Notes: generated by a model from the letters alone, not told the origin. DNA of 64,000 nucleotides from Octopus vulgaris (GCA_951406725.2 OX597814.1:175832001-175896000), one strand, 5' to 3'. Positions 47,056 to 60,027 are shown, counted from the stretch's first letter. Numbers and translations: made by a program.

Positions 47056-48439
47056 TTTTGCCTGTAGGATATTCATCCACTTAAATTCTAATTCAATGAT
47101 CTTCGTAGAGTAGTTGATGGAACTGTTGAAAATTCAGTCAAAATTTCTGACCTAGATCCATGAATTTCCTTTAAATCATTCTATACAACATGGAGAGAAA
47201 AGGAGTTTGAAGTTTCGATATTGTTCTTTCATTTGAGATTGAGAAAAACAGGGAGGAAGAGAGAGAGAGAGAGGGAGAGAGAGAGGGAGAGGGAGAGAGG
47301 GGGAGAGAGGGGGAGAGAGAGTAGAAAGAGAGAGAAGAGTAGGAGAGATAAAACGAAGGTATTTCAGCACTAATCCTACATCCTACATCTATGAGAAAGA
47401 TAAAGAAGGTGATAAAAGGAAGAGATAGAGAGGAAAGTAAAGTGAGTACGACCTGTCGGCGTTGCCCTTTCTTCTGAGATTGAGTAGGAGAGAAAAAGAG
47501 AATTAGAGAGTGACAGCTGTTTCAGGGTTGTTTCTTCATCTATGTGTGGGAGGGGGAGAGAGAAGGAAACAAAGATAGGGAGATGAAAAGAGAGGAAGAG
47601 AAGGGCGAAACGCACGGGACGTTTCGGAATTACACCATAATGTCTCAGAATATAAAACAGAGCAAATACATTAAGTTGTAGGTAAATTTTACTGAACAAT
47701 AAACAAGTCAAAATTGTTTTGTGCTGTTACATGTTTTAGTTATTGACTTGCTTCGGTCACTCATGGCTCTTTGACTGCAAGTAGGTCACCTCAGGGCGGA
47801 GCAGAATCGATAACTTTTGAGGTACAACTTGTCAGATCGATATATATACGTATGCACGTTTGTACGTACATTCATGTGATTATATGTATATATCTATACA
47901 TACATACATATATACATATATGAATACATACACACACACATACACGCACACGTTGTGTGTATGTGTGTGTGTGTCTTGTCTTATTCTATACTACAGAATG
48001 TTATAGATTTTTAACCAGCGCTGTATGTAGGAAGCAGTTTTAAGCACATTGTCTTTGCATACAATATGTTCGCGGACAAATAAACGGCTGCGTGTAACAT
48101 TGTGGATACGAAGACAGCAAGTTAAGTTTCTGCAGGGAAGCCGTTGCAAATTCAAACCATGGAACTCCGACAAACGGAAGAAACAATCGAATAGTTAGTT
48201 CCTTCGTTTTGTTTCACAACAGATTCACTTACGACTACTTAGAATAACATTTGGCAAACTAATGAATCGCCGACATTCTTGACTAAGTTATCGCGCACAA
48301 GGTAATCTCCAACTAAGCCAGGACTATTGCATAACTAGTAATAACAACTATACAATGTTGTGTTTAGAGTTATCTTGAATAAGTGGTAACTGATAGAAGT
48401 AGAAGCGCCTCCGCTAGTGTAATAACCTTTCAGCGTCAA

Positions 48440-48890
48440 ATACAATTAAACCATGTCTTTATAAATTTTAAGAAGGTATTTGATAAAGTTTGGTACGATA
48501 CTCTTATGAAGAAATTCAGCAAGTCCAGAAGCCGATTCGTATTTTCAATAGCTTTACGCGTGAGTAACCAGTACAGGACTTACACAAGGTACACTCGAGT
48601 GTAAGTCCATACCACCGTAGGAGTTTTTCTTCTCTCCATTCTCTTCAGCATCTCTGCGGCGCAGATGACGAGCGATGTCTTTTGTGACCATGTAGATCAA
48701 CATACATTTATTATTTACTTATGTGACCATGTAGATCTTTTATGACCATGTAGATCAACATTTGTTTATTATTTACTTATAATCTTGATGGACTGGGAGG
48801 AGGGGAAGGTGAATTAATTAAATTTGTCAAGCATCTTAATAGAGACTTAGGGTTTGGATGGGTATCAGTGCCATAATGACCAATCTCGTA
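48440..48890 (+). mobile_element. Highly decayed RTE-clade RT fragment
   Basis: HVFINFKKVFDKVW..L (cf. FIDFKKAFD.VW) and later LDGLGGGEGEL..FV..L. Confidence 0.6.
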
Positions 48891-49224
48891 ACACATGCCG
48901 ACAGTCTCATCACAACAGAATCTTTGTACAAGCAGTTCAAATAGCACTGAGAAATTATTAAGTGTATCGACTTTTTACAATGTCAGGACTTCAGAAAATA
49001 AATCGAATCCCACCACTACCACCACCAGTCAAGCCTTGCGGGGAGTGTCGCTAGAAATCCGACAGGATAAAAGCACCGCTTATCAAAATGAATCATGAAA
49101 CCAGCAGATGTCAACACCGATGACACAATGTTGATTTTTCAGATGGTAAACTGCGGCTGGGTATGTTAGCTTGTAATTGTAATCTGCGTAAACAACTTTG
49201 GTATTATTTATAGAAGCTTTTTAG

Positions 49225-49432
49225 AGGACTGGCTGCTAGAGTTATTAGTGTTGGAGGAAAATGCTTTGCGATATTCCTTCCCGCATTTTACATTGTCAGT
49301 TCAACTCCCACCACTGTAAACTTTGCTTTTCATCCTACCTGGGTCGATAAAAAGAAGTACCAGTTAAGTACTGGTATGTAACCAACTGATCCTCTCCCTT
49401 TAAAATTACTGGTACTGAGTCTATATCAGAAA
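49225..49432 (+). mobile_element. SINE family B, degenerate
   Basis: aaatgcttt...agttcaactcc...ctttgcttttcatcc...gggtcgataaaa.aagtaccagtt. Confidence 0.7.
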
Positions 49433-50111
49433 TTTATTTAAACAAACTTCTGCTATCAGAACCTTATCAGTGGTGTGGACGATAGTAGAGGGAGATCAGA
49501 GAAAGTCTGATTAGGTTTTGTATCATTACTTTCATTTGTCAACGTTTTCTTATGTCTGGGACGTGAGTGAGGTTATTACACAATATGAGGAGAAGGAGTG
49601 GAGTAACTTGAGCATAAACCTACTGCGAGTACATCAAAGTCTAATCAAACTCTAGTGACAGTGAAGTCAAAGGATGTAAAATCTTAGTCCGGGTTTTGCA
49701 CAGGCAATGGATGAGTACTGCCTGTTTTGTGTAGAAGTGTGGATATCTGTTCTAGACGTGATTTCTCTCATTATCACTTTACAAAAAGGAAGAGATAGAG
49801 AGGAAAGTAAAGTGAGTACGACCTGTCGGCGTTGCCCTTTCTTCTGAGATTGAGTAGGAGAGAAAAAGAGAATGAGAGAGTGACAGCTGTGTCAGGGTTG
49901 TTTCTTCATCTATGTGTGGGAGGGGGAGAGAGAAGGAAACAAAGAGACGGAGATAAAAAAGAGAGGAAGAGAAGGGCGAAACGCATGGGACGTTTCGGAA
50001 TTGTCCCTTCATCTAAGATTGAGAAACTGAGACTATGGGTGTTTCAGGGTTATTCCTGATCGCCGTACGTCATTCACAACGAGAGAAGCTTTCGATACGT
50101 ACATACATACA

Positions 50112-50530
50112 TAAGGATATTAGCATAAAGCTGAACTATTAAGATGTTAACATAAAGCTGAAGATCAGCGAACAAGAGAACACCTATGTCGAACTATTGA
50201 GAAATGTACAGTTACTTTATCAAGATTACAAGTTCAGGTTTATAACTGTAATTATTGGGGCCTTGGGATGTGTAACACACTACCTAAATACCAATCTTGA
50301 GAAATTAAACTTCTTAAAGCCAGAAAGGATAAATCTAATTCGAAGACTACAGACCCAGTCCATCACGGGAACTTTAAAAATCTGTAAAACTTCCCTGAAG
50401 TTTATCATTTGAATATATATGAGCATGTCTTGATATGCAACTATTTGCATGAGAATACATACATACATACATACAAGCAAAAATATCCTGTTAATGTTGA
50501 AATTCCAATGAAGGAGCCTTGGATATAGGG
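50112..50530 (+). mobile_element. 3' fragment of a restriction-like-endonuclease (R2/R4/NeSL-type) LINE
   Basis: DVNIKLKISEQENTY.EL....Y.DYKF...VIIGALG resembles the RLE-domain end; sits in (TACA)n. Confidence 0.6.
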
Positions 50531-50594
50531 TAGCAAATATTGGACATAAACTCAATAATGACATACATACACACACATACACAGATACATACAC

Positions 50595-50910
50595 AATACA
50601 TACATACGACTATATCGTTGTGTCAGAAGCTCAATTCCACGCTTGCATCATTTGGTTGGTTTAGAGACAAAAAGATTCTTGTATCCGTTTTTAACCTCAC
50701 CCACATTGTCGAATGTCCGTCTGTGCAGGAAATGAGCCACGGCTCGTAAAAGGTAGTAGTAATCTGATGGTACAAGATTTGGAATGTAGGCAAGGTGAGT
50801 CAACATTTCTCCTCAAGTTCCGCACGTTTGCGCTTGGTCACACAGACAGTGCGTGCTGGGGCATTGGCATGCTGTAGGAATTCTCATCTTCTATTGATCA
50901 ATGCCGGTAG
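50595..50910 (-). mobile_element. Mariner transposase C-terminal fragment
   Basis: Minus reading PALINRR..FLQHANAPART...HLAYIPNLVPSDYYLLR, a decayed HDNA / YSPDLAPSDY. Confidence 0.75.
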
Positions 50911-51556
50911 CGGGCTTTCAAAGCATCATATACATACATACATACATACATACATAACAAAATTGGGAAATTACTCCATAACGAATTTCACATAAAAATA
51001 TGCAACCATGTTCAAGCGTCCATATTTAAGTTGGTTAGCCGAAAATAATTGGATCCACAATCGCCATTAAAATTCGTTTATAGGCTAAATGAATTTTCGC
51101 AAGTTCTCTCCCCTCATATATGTCATATTTTTATAGCTACCACTAACAAAGTTTTTTTCTCATTTAGCGATATAATTTGAAATGATTTCGGATTGACACG
51201 TGAACTATGGTAGCATATTCATATATTATTCATGCGGAAGGCTCAGTTGGTAAAACAATTTCCGATGTCATTATTTGAATTTACCTTATCTTAATACGAA
51301 AGAAATTGCCTTCTGTAAACTTGCTCGCCATTATTTGACTATGTTTCACTGATGAGGTGCAACAATAACAAGACATATTCAGAGTTAGCACCAAGACTGC
51401 CTAAGATCAGAGTTTTTATCTTTCTCTCTGAATATCACCATTAAAATTAACTTCATCATTTCTAACTTGTCAGAATAAATTACAATTATCTCTAATTATA
51501 TTTTCCCTGGGGGCATAATTATAATTAAGAGAATTTATTTCCGATAACCTCATATA

Positions 51557-52180
51557 CACGGTGTCCCAAAAGTCACTGATGGGTTTAAATTTTTAATAAG
51601 TTCCTTGACTTCACAAATAAATGCATGAAATTTTAATACACTATAAAGGACATAATGGCAATTAATATACACAAGTCACATTTTGTAACACCACTACATC
51701 ACATATTAAAAATGACATCGCTTAAATGGCAGCCATTTTCGGCTTCGCGCACCCGTGCTCTTTCCAAAATTGCACCCTCAAGAATTTCAGACCCCACTTC
51801 TCTGATTTGTCTATGGATGTTCTCCTTCACTTGCACCAGGGTCTCCGGTTAGTTCGCGTAAACCCTCTCTTTCAGGTATCCATGGGTGAGACCTTTTTGC
51901 GACCGGCCATTCAAAATAGGGTTTTGTTTCCAGCAAGATGAGGCAACTGCTCATACCGCCAGAGAAACAATGCAGTTGCTACCGCAGTGCTTTGTAGAGT
52001 GAATAATCTCCCGCTATGGCAATGTCAACTAGCCTTCACGTTCCCCGAATTTTTTCTTGTGGGGATGCCTGAAAGAGAAGGTTTGGGTCAACAAACCAGA
52101 GACCCTGGTGCAACTGAAAGAGAACATCAATAGAGAAGTCAGAGAAGTGGGGTCTGAAACTCTTGAAGATATTATGGTGC
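51557..52180. mobile_element. Tc1/mariner (rosa/DD41D-like) remnants in opposite orientations
   Basis: Plus 51925-52175 reads FQQDEATAHTA...PSRSP..FFLWGCLKEKV..NKPETL.QLKENI. 51700-51881 is the same gene end on the minus strand, with probable TIR cacggtgtcccaaaagtc at ~51557. Confidence 0.75.
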
Positions 52181-52507
52181 ATCGAGGGTCCCTGCATTTC
52201 TTAACTTGTATTGTTTCAATGTTACACGTAAATTTCGCCTTGGTGAGCAGCTTTTGTTATGTTAGATTAGGTGCTTGGCGTTGCTATGTATTATTTGTGA
52301 GTCTTTTATGAGTGCATTCATTTTGGGGGTTGCTGGAGAATTGTTAGGTATTGTTTGGCGACTTTCACAATGTTGAAGTTCCTTGGATTGTGACAACAAA
52401 ATTAAAAGGAAAAACGGTTATACCTTTTGTCGTCACTCATAACCCAAGGTACTTACTACATACCTATCAATTTGTCTGTCTATCTATCTATATACTTATA
52501 TATACAC

Positions 52508-52547
<40 letters not shown>

Positions 52548-52684
52548 ATGTATACATCATATATATCATACATACATACACACAAACACACACACACACA
52601 CACACACAAACAAACACACACACACACATACACACACACACACTCGAACACACACACACATACACACACACACACATATATATA

Positions 52685-53976
52685 TCAGGTCATCCCATAA
52701 GTTCTGTCCGATTTTACCTTTTTTTAAAATTGAATGAAATTTTATAGTACTTTAGGATGTCTAATGGAATAAAAAATTATTTTTATTCATTTGTGTACAT
52801 TCAAACTAATTAAATTTTATTTTACAGAATAATAGAATTTAAATTTCTTTGATTAAAACCCTTTCTAACATGGAAGTATCCAAAGAGCATTTAAGGCACA
52901 TAATGCTTTATGAGTACAAAAAAGGAAACTCTGCAGCCGAAGCGATTCGAAACATACACTCAGTTTATGGGAAAGAATGCTTGGATGAAAGAACTTGCAG
53001 AAGATGGTTTGGAAAATTCAGAAGTGGATATTTCAGCCTTGAAAATGAAGATCAAACAGCACGTCCAGTTGAGTTTGATGATAAGCTCCTTGATGCATTA
53101 CTTGAAGAAAATCTTGCATTATCAGTTCAAGAATTGGCAATAAAGCTTAGTTCAAACCATAGAACTGTTCATTGTCATCTTCAACAACTTGCAAAGGTTC
53201 CTAAACTTGGAAAATGGGTGACTCATGAATTGTCCGAAAGCAACCGCAAATCCCGAGTTGACATCTGCTCTTTTCTCCATTCTCACGAACTCATTTCACC
53301 CATTTTGGATAGGCTTGTGATTGGTGACGAAAAATGGATCTTCTATCGAAATGTTGAATGTCGTAAACAGTGGCTTGGTAAAAGGAAAAGCTGAACCACA
53401 ACCGAGAAGGGAACTTCATGGAAAAAAAGGTTCTTCTCTTTATCTGGTGGGATTGTAAAGGAGTAATTTACTTTGAATTATTACCACCTACTAATGCAAC
53501 AATGTATGCTCAAATCTACAGTCAGCAATCAGAAGGTTTGAACCAAGCTTTGAAGAAAAAACAGACCCGCTTTATTGAATCGAAAAGGAGTGATGTTTCA
53601 TCAAGACAATGCGCGACACCACACTATAAAGATCACATCACAGAAGATCGAAGTGCTTAGTTGGGAAGAAACTCCTCATCCACCTTATTCTCTCGACCCT
53701 GCTCCTTCAGAGTACCATTTGTTTCGTAGTTTACAGAATCATTTGGGGGACATAACTTTCGCAAGCCAGGAGGAGGTCGAAACTGACATTTCAGTGTTCT
53801 TCGTTTTGAAACCAAAAGAGTTTTACATTGATGGGATTAAAAAGCTTGTAAATAGATGGAAGGAAGTCATGTCAGATAATCAGGGAACGTACATTGATGA
53901 TTAAATTTCAAATAAATATAACACTTGATCACTTTTCTTTATTCAAAATTCGGACAGAACTTATGGGATGCCCTGA
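52685..53976 (+). mobile_element. Full-length mariner transposon (1292 bp), inactivated
   Basis: TIRs TCAGGTCATCCCATAAGTTCTGTCCGA / TCGGACAGAACTTATGGGATGCCCTGA (1 mismatch), TA target. Confidence 0.97.
52870..53904 (+). pseudogene. Mariner transposase pseudogene (frameshifted across three ORFs)
   Basis: HTH region, WVTHEL, GDEKW, IWWD..GVIYFELL, HQDNARHH, HPPYSLDPAPSEY. Confidence 0.95.
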
Positions 53977-53988
53977 TATATATATATA

Positions 53989-54128
53989 GAGTAGCTTCCT
54001 TACGAACCACATGGTCCCGGGTTCAGTCCCACTGCGTGGCACCTTGGGCAAGTGTCTTCTACTATAGCCTCGGGCCGACCAAAGCCTTGTGAGTGGATTT
54101 GGTAGATGGAAACTGAAAGAAGCCCGTC

Positions 54129-54177
<49 letters not shown>

Positions 54178-54400
54178 GTGCGTGTGTGTGTTTGTGTGTC
54201 TGTGTTTGTCCCCCTAGCATTGCTTGACAACCGATGCTGGTGTGTTTAAGTCCCCGTTACTTAGCGGTTCGGCAAAAGAGACCGATAGAATAAGTACTGG
54301 GCTTACAAAAGAATAAGTCCCGGAGTCGAGTTGCTCAATTAAAGGCGGTGCTCTAGCATGGCCGCAGCCAAATGACTGAAACAAGTAAAAGAGTAAAGAG
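53989..54400 (+). mobile_element. SINE family A (head slightly truncated)
   Basis: High similarity to 20139-20527. Confidence 0.92.
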
Positions 54401-55655
54401 TATACATACATACATACATACATACATGAATGATATATGTGCGCACGCGCGCGTGTGTGATATATATATATATATATATATATCTATACACACATATACA
54501 CACACACATCTACATGTGTGTGTATGTAGATGTATACTTGGTTGCGCACACATACACGCACGCACACACACTCGCACACACAGAAACACACGCACACGTA
54601 TTTGTGCTCAAATGGAAAAATACAATTCCCAGGGGGAAGAGGTGCAGTCTGTTGGTGAAGGAGGTCAGTATCTAAGAAATGAAACAGTGCATGAGTTGTC
54701 ATTGAAGGAGATGGAATAAATAAATATCGCCATTCTCTATATTCCTCTGTTCGTTCAAAATGGCAAACCTCAAGATATTTAATAATAGATTATGGAGCAT
54801 TTAGAAATTCTAAGATAATAGAGAGAAGACAGCATTGTATAATCATACTCACGCGAACACACAACTCCATAAATAAGTCCATAAGCATATACAATGCATT
54901 CCACGTCTATTTATACATCTCTATTTCTCGATCTCTGAAGTTATCTCCATATCTGTCTTTCTGTCCGACTTATGTTCATGCGCCTTTCTATCGCTTGCTA
55001 GCTACTTGATAGATGTTGTTCTCATGTTTACCGGCCGATATAAATATTGAATCGTTACCATATGCTCCACTAGCGTATGTTTATGTATACATGATCTTGT
55101 CACACGCATACATGTGCGTGTACATGGACAGATACACGGCTAGAATCGAATCTACCGTCCACTTTGCTCGCTTTCAACCGGAGTGAATTATTTTCGTTCG
55201 AATCTGATTTGATTACAAAAGAAACAGAGATGAGTGGACGGTCGATCGTTTCGCCCGGCTAGGAAATCAAAGTAATCTTATGTAGCTAAACCTTTCCCCT
55301 GGTTTCCTACAGATATTACAGAGGCTGGATGGATACTAGTGAACTTTAAGGGAATATATATGATATCCATAACTGATTTACATTCGATGTTGATCCTTAT
55401 AATCCACTATCTTACCTGTCTGATATCAATATGTACACATAAATATATGTGTATGTGTGTGCGCGCGCGTGTATGTATGTGTACGTGTGTGTAAGTATGC
55501 GTGTGTGGATATGAAAACGTATATATATGTATATATATATATATAGACTGGGACAAGAACGCAAAACATCCAGACAGATGATACAAAAAAGGGACAACAA
55601 AACATCCAGATAGACGATACAAAGAAAATAAGGACGGGTCATTCGGAGTTTTCTT

Positions 55656-55711
55656 TCCTCAGTCGAGTTCCATATTATCTTGGCAATTTCGGGTGGTTAT
55701 ACCCAGATTGC
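55656..55711 (-). ncRNA. Degenerate hammerhead with non-circular strand order (third candidate)
   Basis: Minus: GCAA-T-C-TGGGT...GAAA-TTGC...ACTCGA-CTGAGGA. Stem III perfect, stem I partial, stem II not evident. Confidence 0.4.
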
Positions 55712-55774
55712 TCCAAATTGGGCAGCCGCAAGGAAAAAAAAGCTAAGAGCATTAAATGTATACTATATATATAT

Positions 55775-57056
55775 ATCAACCACTCAAATGTGGAAGTCAT
55801 ATATCTCGACTTCGCAAAGGCCTTCGATAAAGTCGATCATGAAATGATATGTCACAAACTGCGTGATCTTGGCATAGTTGGAAAACTAGGAGAATGGCTT
55901 CACGACTTTCTGAAGAATAGAAGTCAGGTGGTAGCAGCCAATGGGGCCACTTCCACTAGCACGCAAATAGTGAGCGGTGTTCCACAGGGCACTGTTTTGG
56001 GACCACTACTGTTTATAATGGCCCTCTCAGACATGCCCTCAGCCACGCGGAGAGCCACGATCACAAGTTATGCAGATGATACAAAAGTTTCACAGGCAAT
56101 ACAGAACCCTGAAGACACTAAGCACCTGCAATATGAGCTGGACGAAATATACAAGTGGGCTGAAAAGAATAGCATGCAGTTCAATGCTGAAAAGTTTCAA
56201 GCTTTATACTATCAGCATGCAAAACTGAATGCAATACCCAATGAATACACTGGACCCGGAGGGATTGCAATCCCAGAGGCACAATCGGTGCGTGACCTGG
56301 GTATTCACATGAGTGATGACGCGACCTTTCATGTACATGTTGCTAAACTGACAATGAAATGCAGACGGCTGGCTGGCTGGATTCTTAGAACCTTTAGAAC
56401 AAGAGAACAAGAAACCATGATGGTCCTCTGGAAGACACTTGTCCTAAGCCACTTTGACTATTGCTCTCAGCTATGGTCACCATCCAGCGTCAAGTTGATC
56501 ACAGAACTTGAGGCGATCCAACGAAGCTACACGAAGAAGATAGCCTCTATGCAGAATGTAAGCTACTGGGAAAGACTCAAGAGATTAAAATTATATTCCC
56601 TGGAGCGTAGGCGGGAAAGATATGCCATAATATACATCTGGAAGATCCTGGAGGAAGTGTCCTGAACTTTGGCATCGAGAGTTACGCAAATGCCAGAACT
56701 GGGCGCCACTGCGTGGTGCCTAGGACTCCAAACTTGCCATCAAGATGTAGGACAAGATTCTGTGATAGCCTGGGCTTCCGAGGCCCACAGCTCTTCAATA
56801 TCCTCCCGAAGAACCTGAGAGACCTGCATGGAGTGGATACAGATGTCTTTAAAACGAAGCTGGATCTCTTCCTGTCAGGTGTCCCAGATGAACCAACTTC
56901 ACGGCAGGAGGGGCAGATGAGGGCAGCTGCATCGAACTCTCTCTTGCACCAAATAGCAGTTGCTAGAAAGCCTCCATGAAGTGAAACCAAGTAGCAACAC
57001 CAAATGGCGGTGCCCCAGCGTGGCCACAGCTCATAAGCTGAAACTAGAATCAATCA

Positions 57057-57060
<4 letters not shown>
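55775..57060 (+). mobile_element. 5'-truncated CR1/L2-group LINE (RT domain to 3' tail), one frameshift
   Basis: IYLDFAKAFDKVDH, SGVPQGTVLGPLLF, YADD, LYSLERRRER; continues in ORF 56713-56979; (AATC)n tail; (TA)n on both sides. Confidence 0.95.
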
Positions 57061-57094
<34 letters not shown>

Positions 57095-57199
57095 CACATT
57101 CACACACATATATGCATATACGGAGGCACATTATACATATACAATATATAGATACATATATGTAAATATATGTATACATACATATATATATATATATAC

Positions 57200-57245
<46 letters not shown>

Positions 57246-57247
<2 letters not shown>

Positions 57248-57286
57248 TTCTTGACAAGTCATACAATGACGAAAACCGGTTGAATA
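57246..57286 (+). ncRNA. Hammerhead-like motif, U3-A8 core variant (copy 2)
   Basis: TATTC-TTGACAA-GTCAT aca ATGAC-GAAA-ACCGGT-T-GAATA. Confidence 0.6.
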
Positions 57287-57377
57287 AATATATATTTATA
57301 TATTTTATCAATTTCTCATTTTATTAAAATTTTCTTTCATTTGAGCATTCTGCATTTAAAAAAAAATTTTCCTTACT

Positions 57378-57422
<45 letters not shown>

Positions 57423-57523
57423 CGTGTATATAAATGTGTGTGTGTATAAATATTTGTTAGCTTGCGTAAAAAGAAAAGAAAACATATTCTGCCCCAAAAT
57501 ATGAGTATTTTTAAAAAAGAAAG

Positions 57524-57576
<53 letters not shown>

Positions 57577-58237
57577 ATTATATTATGGAGGAGAGATGAT
57601 AACGCATTTGAAATAAGTAAAAGAGTAAAATAATATATATTTCATATTTGGTATGATTCCATCTGGACCATACAGCATATTTAAACGAATATTTTCAAAA
57701 CATCAACCTATACGATAAAAACTAAAGCGTTGCAATAATCGTAATTCAGTTTAAACAAGACATCCGAAATACACTATGACCATATCGCTAACGTCTGCAT
57801 AAGCGATGAAAATTGAAAATTAAAATTTACAAATAAACATTGACAGTTAATTAATATATCCTGATAAATATATTGATTATTAATACATCAAAACACCTTG
57901 ATTCAAAGAACGACATACATCGAATCTAAAACTTCACACTATTGCCACTTCGTGCTTCATATTGCAACGATTTCGATCAACGCAATATGTAGCTAAATAT
58001 CAATGTTTAATTTTTTATCCTTCGTTTCATGCTTAATTTTTATCCACCGAAAAGAGGGAGCAAAAGATGCCGTACTGTGCCTGTAAGTCGACATATGCTC
58101 GGTTTTACTGTTCAGTTTGGAACTGGGATGTTTTTTTTTTCTTTTTGATGTTTTATTTATCAAGTAAATACAGACTGCACCGTTTGTTGTGTAGAGTGAT
58201 TTGTCAATGATATTCACTCCATTGTAAATATACATAT

Positions 58238-58320
<83 letters not shown>

Positions 58321-59879
58321 CATGTGTGTGTACGTGTTTATACATATAAAGGAATGTGTGCATCAATATACTGAAGATAGTAATTTATGAAACGTATCGG
58401 TGTATAAGCAATTGTATACAAAGGAGCAAAGTTTTGAATATGTATTTAATAATAGACTATTGAATATCTATAGAGGAATAGATTTTTTTTAAAGTTATCT
58501 AACATTTACTTCTTTTATCTCTGTTTTATTAGCAAAACTTTAAAGTTCACCAAGGTTAACCTATTGAATCATTTATGAATAATATTGTCTAATACTTTAG
58601 TCTAATATAGTTCACTGTCTGATGAATACAGAGTCCTTTAATTGTAAACAAAATAATTTTACGACCATCCCAATTCTGATATCAGTAAAGTCGAATTCAT
58701 CAATATTCAATTTAGTCTACAATATAAGAACTACTAGTTTCGGAAAGGAAATTGAAAACAACAGCAGCAACAAAAATTCTCCCAAACAAATATAATTTAA
58801 CGTGCGTCAAATGGATGTTGTAGTTTTTATTGTTTAGTTCCACATAAGTCCTTATTGGATATTGCACCCATTACCCTTTCATCTTTTCTCTTAAACGATA
58901 GTAACCATTGGCGGTGAAATCTAAATATTTGCTGCTATTTCTAAGGATTTGTAACAGTTGTAAACACCAGATATAAATTTTCATCAGGATTTTAAGCTTA
59001 AATTTTCTCGTTTTCGTTGTTGCTGGTGGTAATGATGTTGGTTTTATTTTTCTTCATTTCACTCTCTATCAAGAGGATAAGGAAGTAGAAAGACAAAGTA
59101 GTGATAACAGGCATATGGTATGTATATAAATGAAAAGTTGCGAGTATAATTTACATGAAGTCATCAAGTCATATCTTTACAGCTGTTTCGCAAGATCGAT
59201 AGCTGGTTGATATAACGATATATATTAGCAAGAAGGTGTAATATAAGGCAATATTTTAGGTATACATAGAAGCAGAGTAAGGTATCAATTAGCAGGGACT
59301 TTGATAGCTGTGAACAGCAAACTCACGGTTTTTTCTTCAGATGAAAGAGGAATGTATATAGAATAGGGTTTATAAATTTCGTTTGCATCGATAAAATGAG
59401 AGAGATAGAGAGATGAAGAATAGATGCAGCAGAAAGGTATAGAAGTAGGTTGGGTAGACAGAAGGAAAGCGAAGGGGAAGAGAAGTGGATGTATTTGTGA
59501 GAAGACGCGAAGTATAGCTAGAGGGGGGGGTCACAATTACAGGAGAGGGATTGAGTAGTCAAGACACAGGAGAGGGACCAAAACGGAGGACGGAGAGGAG
59601 AGAAAATGTGCCAAAATTCGAGGACGGAGAGGAGAGAAAATGTGCCAAAATTCGAGACCAATGACATAACCGAGTATGGATACAAAATAATAGTTGAACT
59701 GATTTTCAGTAGACAATGAATGTTAAGAGGGAAGTAGAATACGACCGAATGGTGGAGAGTCAACCACAAAAAGTTATCAAGTTAGAGCATAATAATTTAT
59801 GGTAATATGCAAAAGTTTTGTAATAGTGGTGACGGCAGAGAGTAATTACGTCAGCGAACCTACATATACAACCTATATA

Positions 59880-60027
59880 TGCATGCATGTATGTATGTAT
59901 GTATGTATGTATGTATGTATGTATGTATGTATGTATGTATGTATGTATGTATGTATGTATGTATGTATGTATGTATATGTATACATGTATGTATGTATGT
60001 ATGTATGTATGTATGTATGTATGTATG

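Larger units (their letters stand above)
47414..50002. repeat. Dispersed ~218-bp direct repeat (47414-47631 and 49784-50002)
   Basis: Near-identical copies; the second extends into a hammerhead remnant on the minus strand. Confidence 0.93.

Noticed and set aside
51349-51396. CTGATGA-GGTGC...GCACC
   Set aside because: Stem II is present but GAAA reads AAGA and there is no stem I/III; at best a dead remnant.
58365-58406. CTGAAGA...GAAACGTATCGGTGTAT
   Set aside because: Probably a decayed HHR, but stems I and II do not pair convincingly.
59178-59340. Minus-strand CTGAAGA ... GAAACAGCTGTA
   Set aside because: The palindromic stem III is suggestive, but the ~140-nt stem II region and stem I could not be paired by eye.
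59586-59656. Tandem ~35-bp duplication (similar ones at 48683-48780 and 55562-55623)
   Set aside because: Ordinary slippage duplications within decayed repeats.
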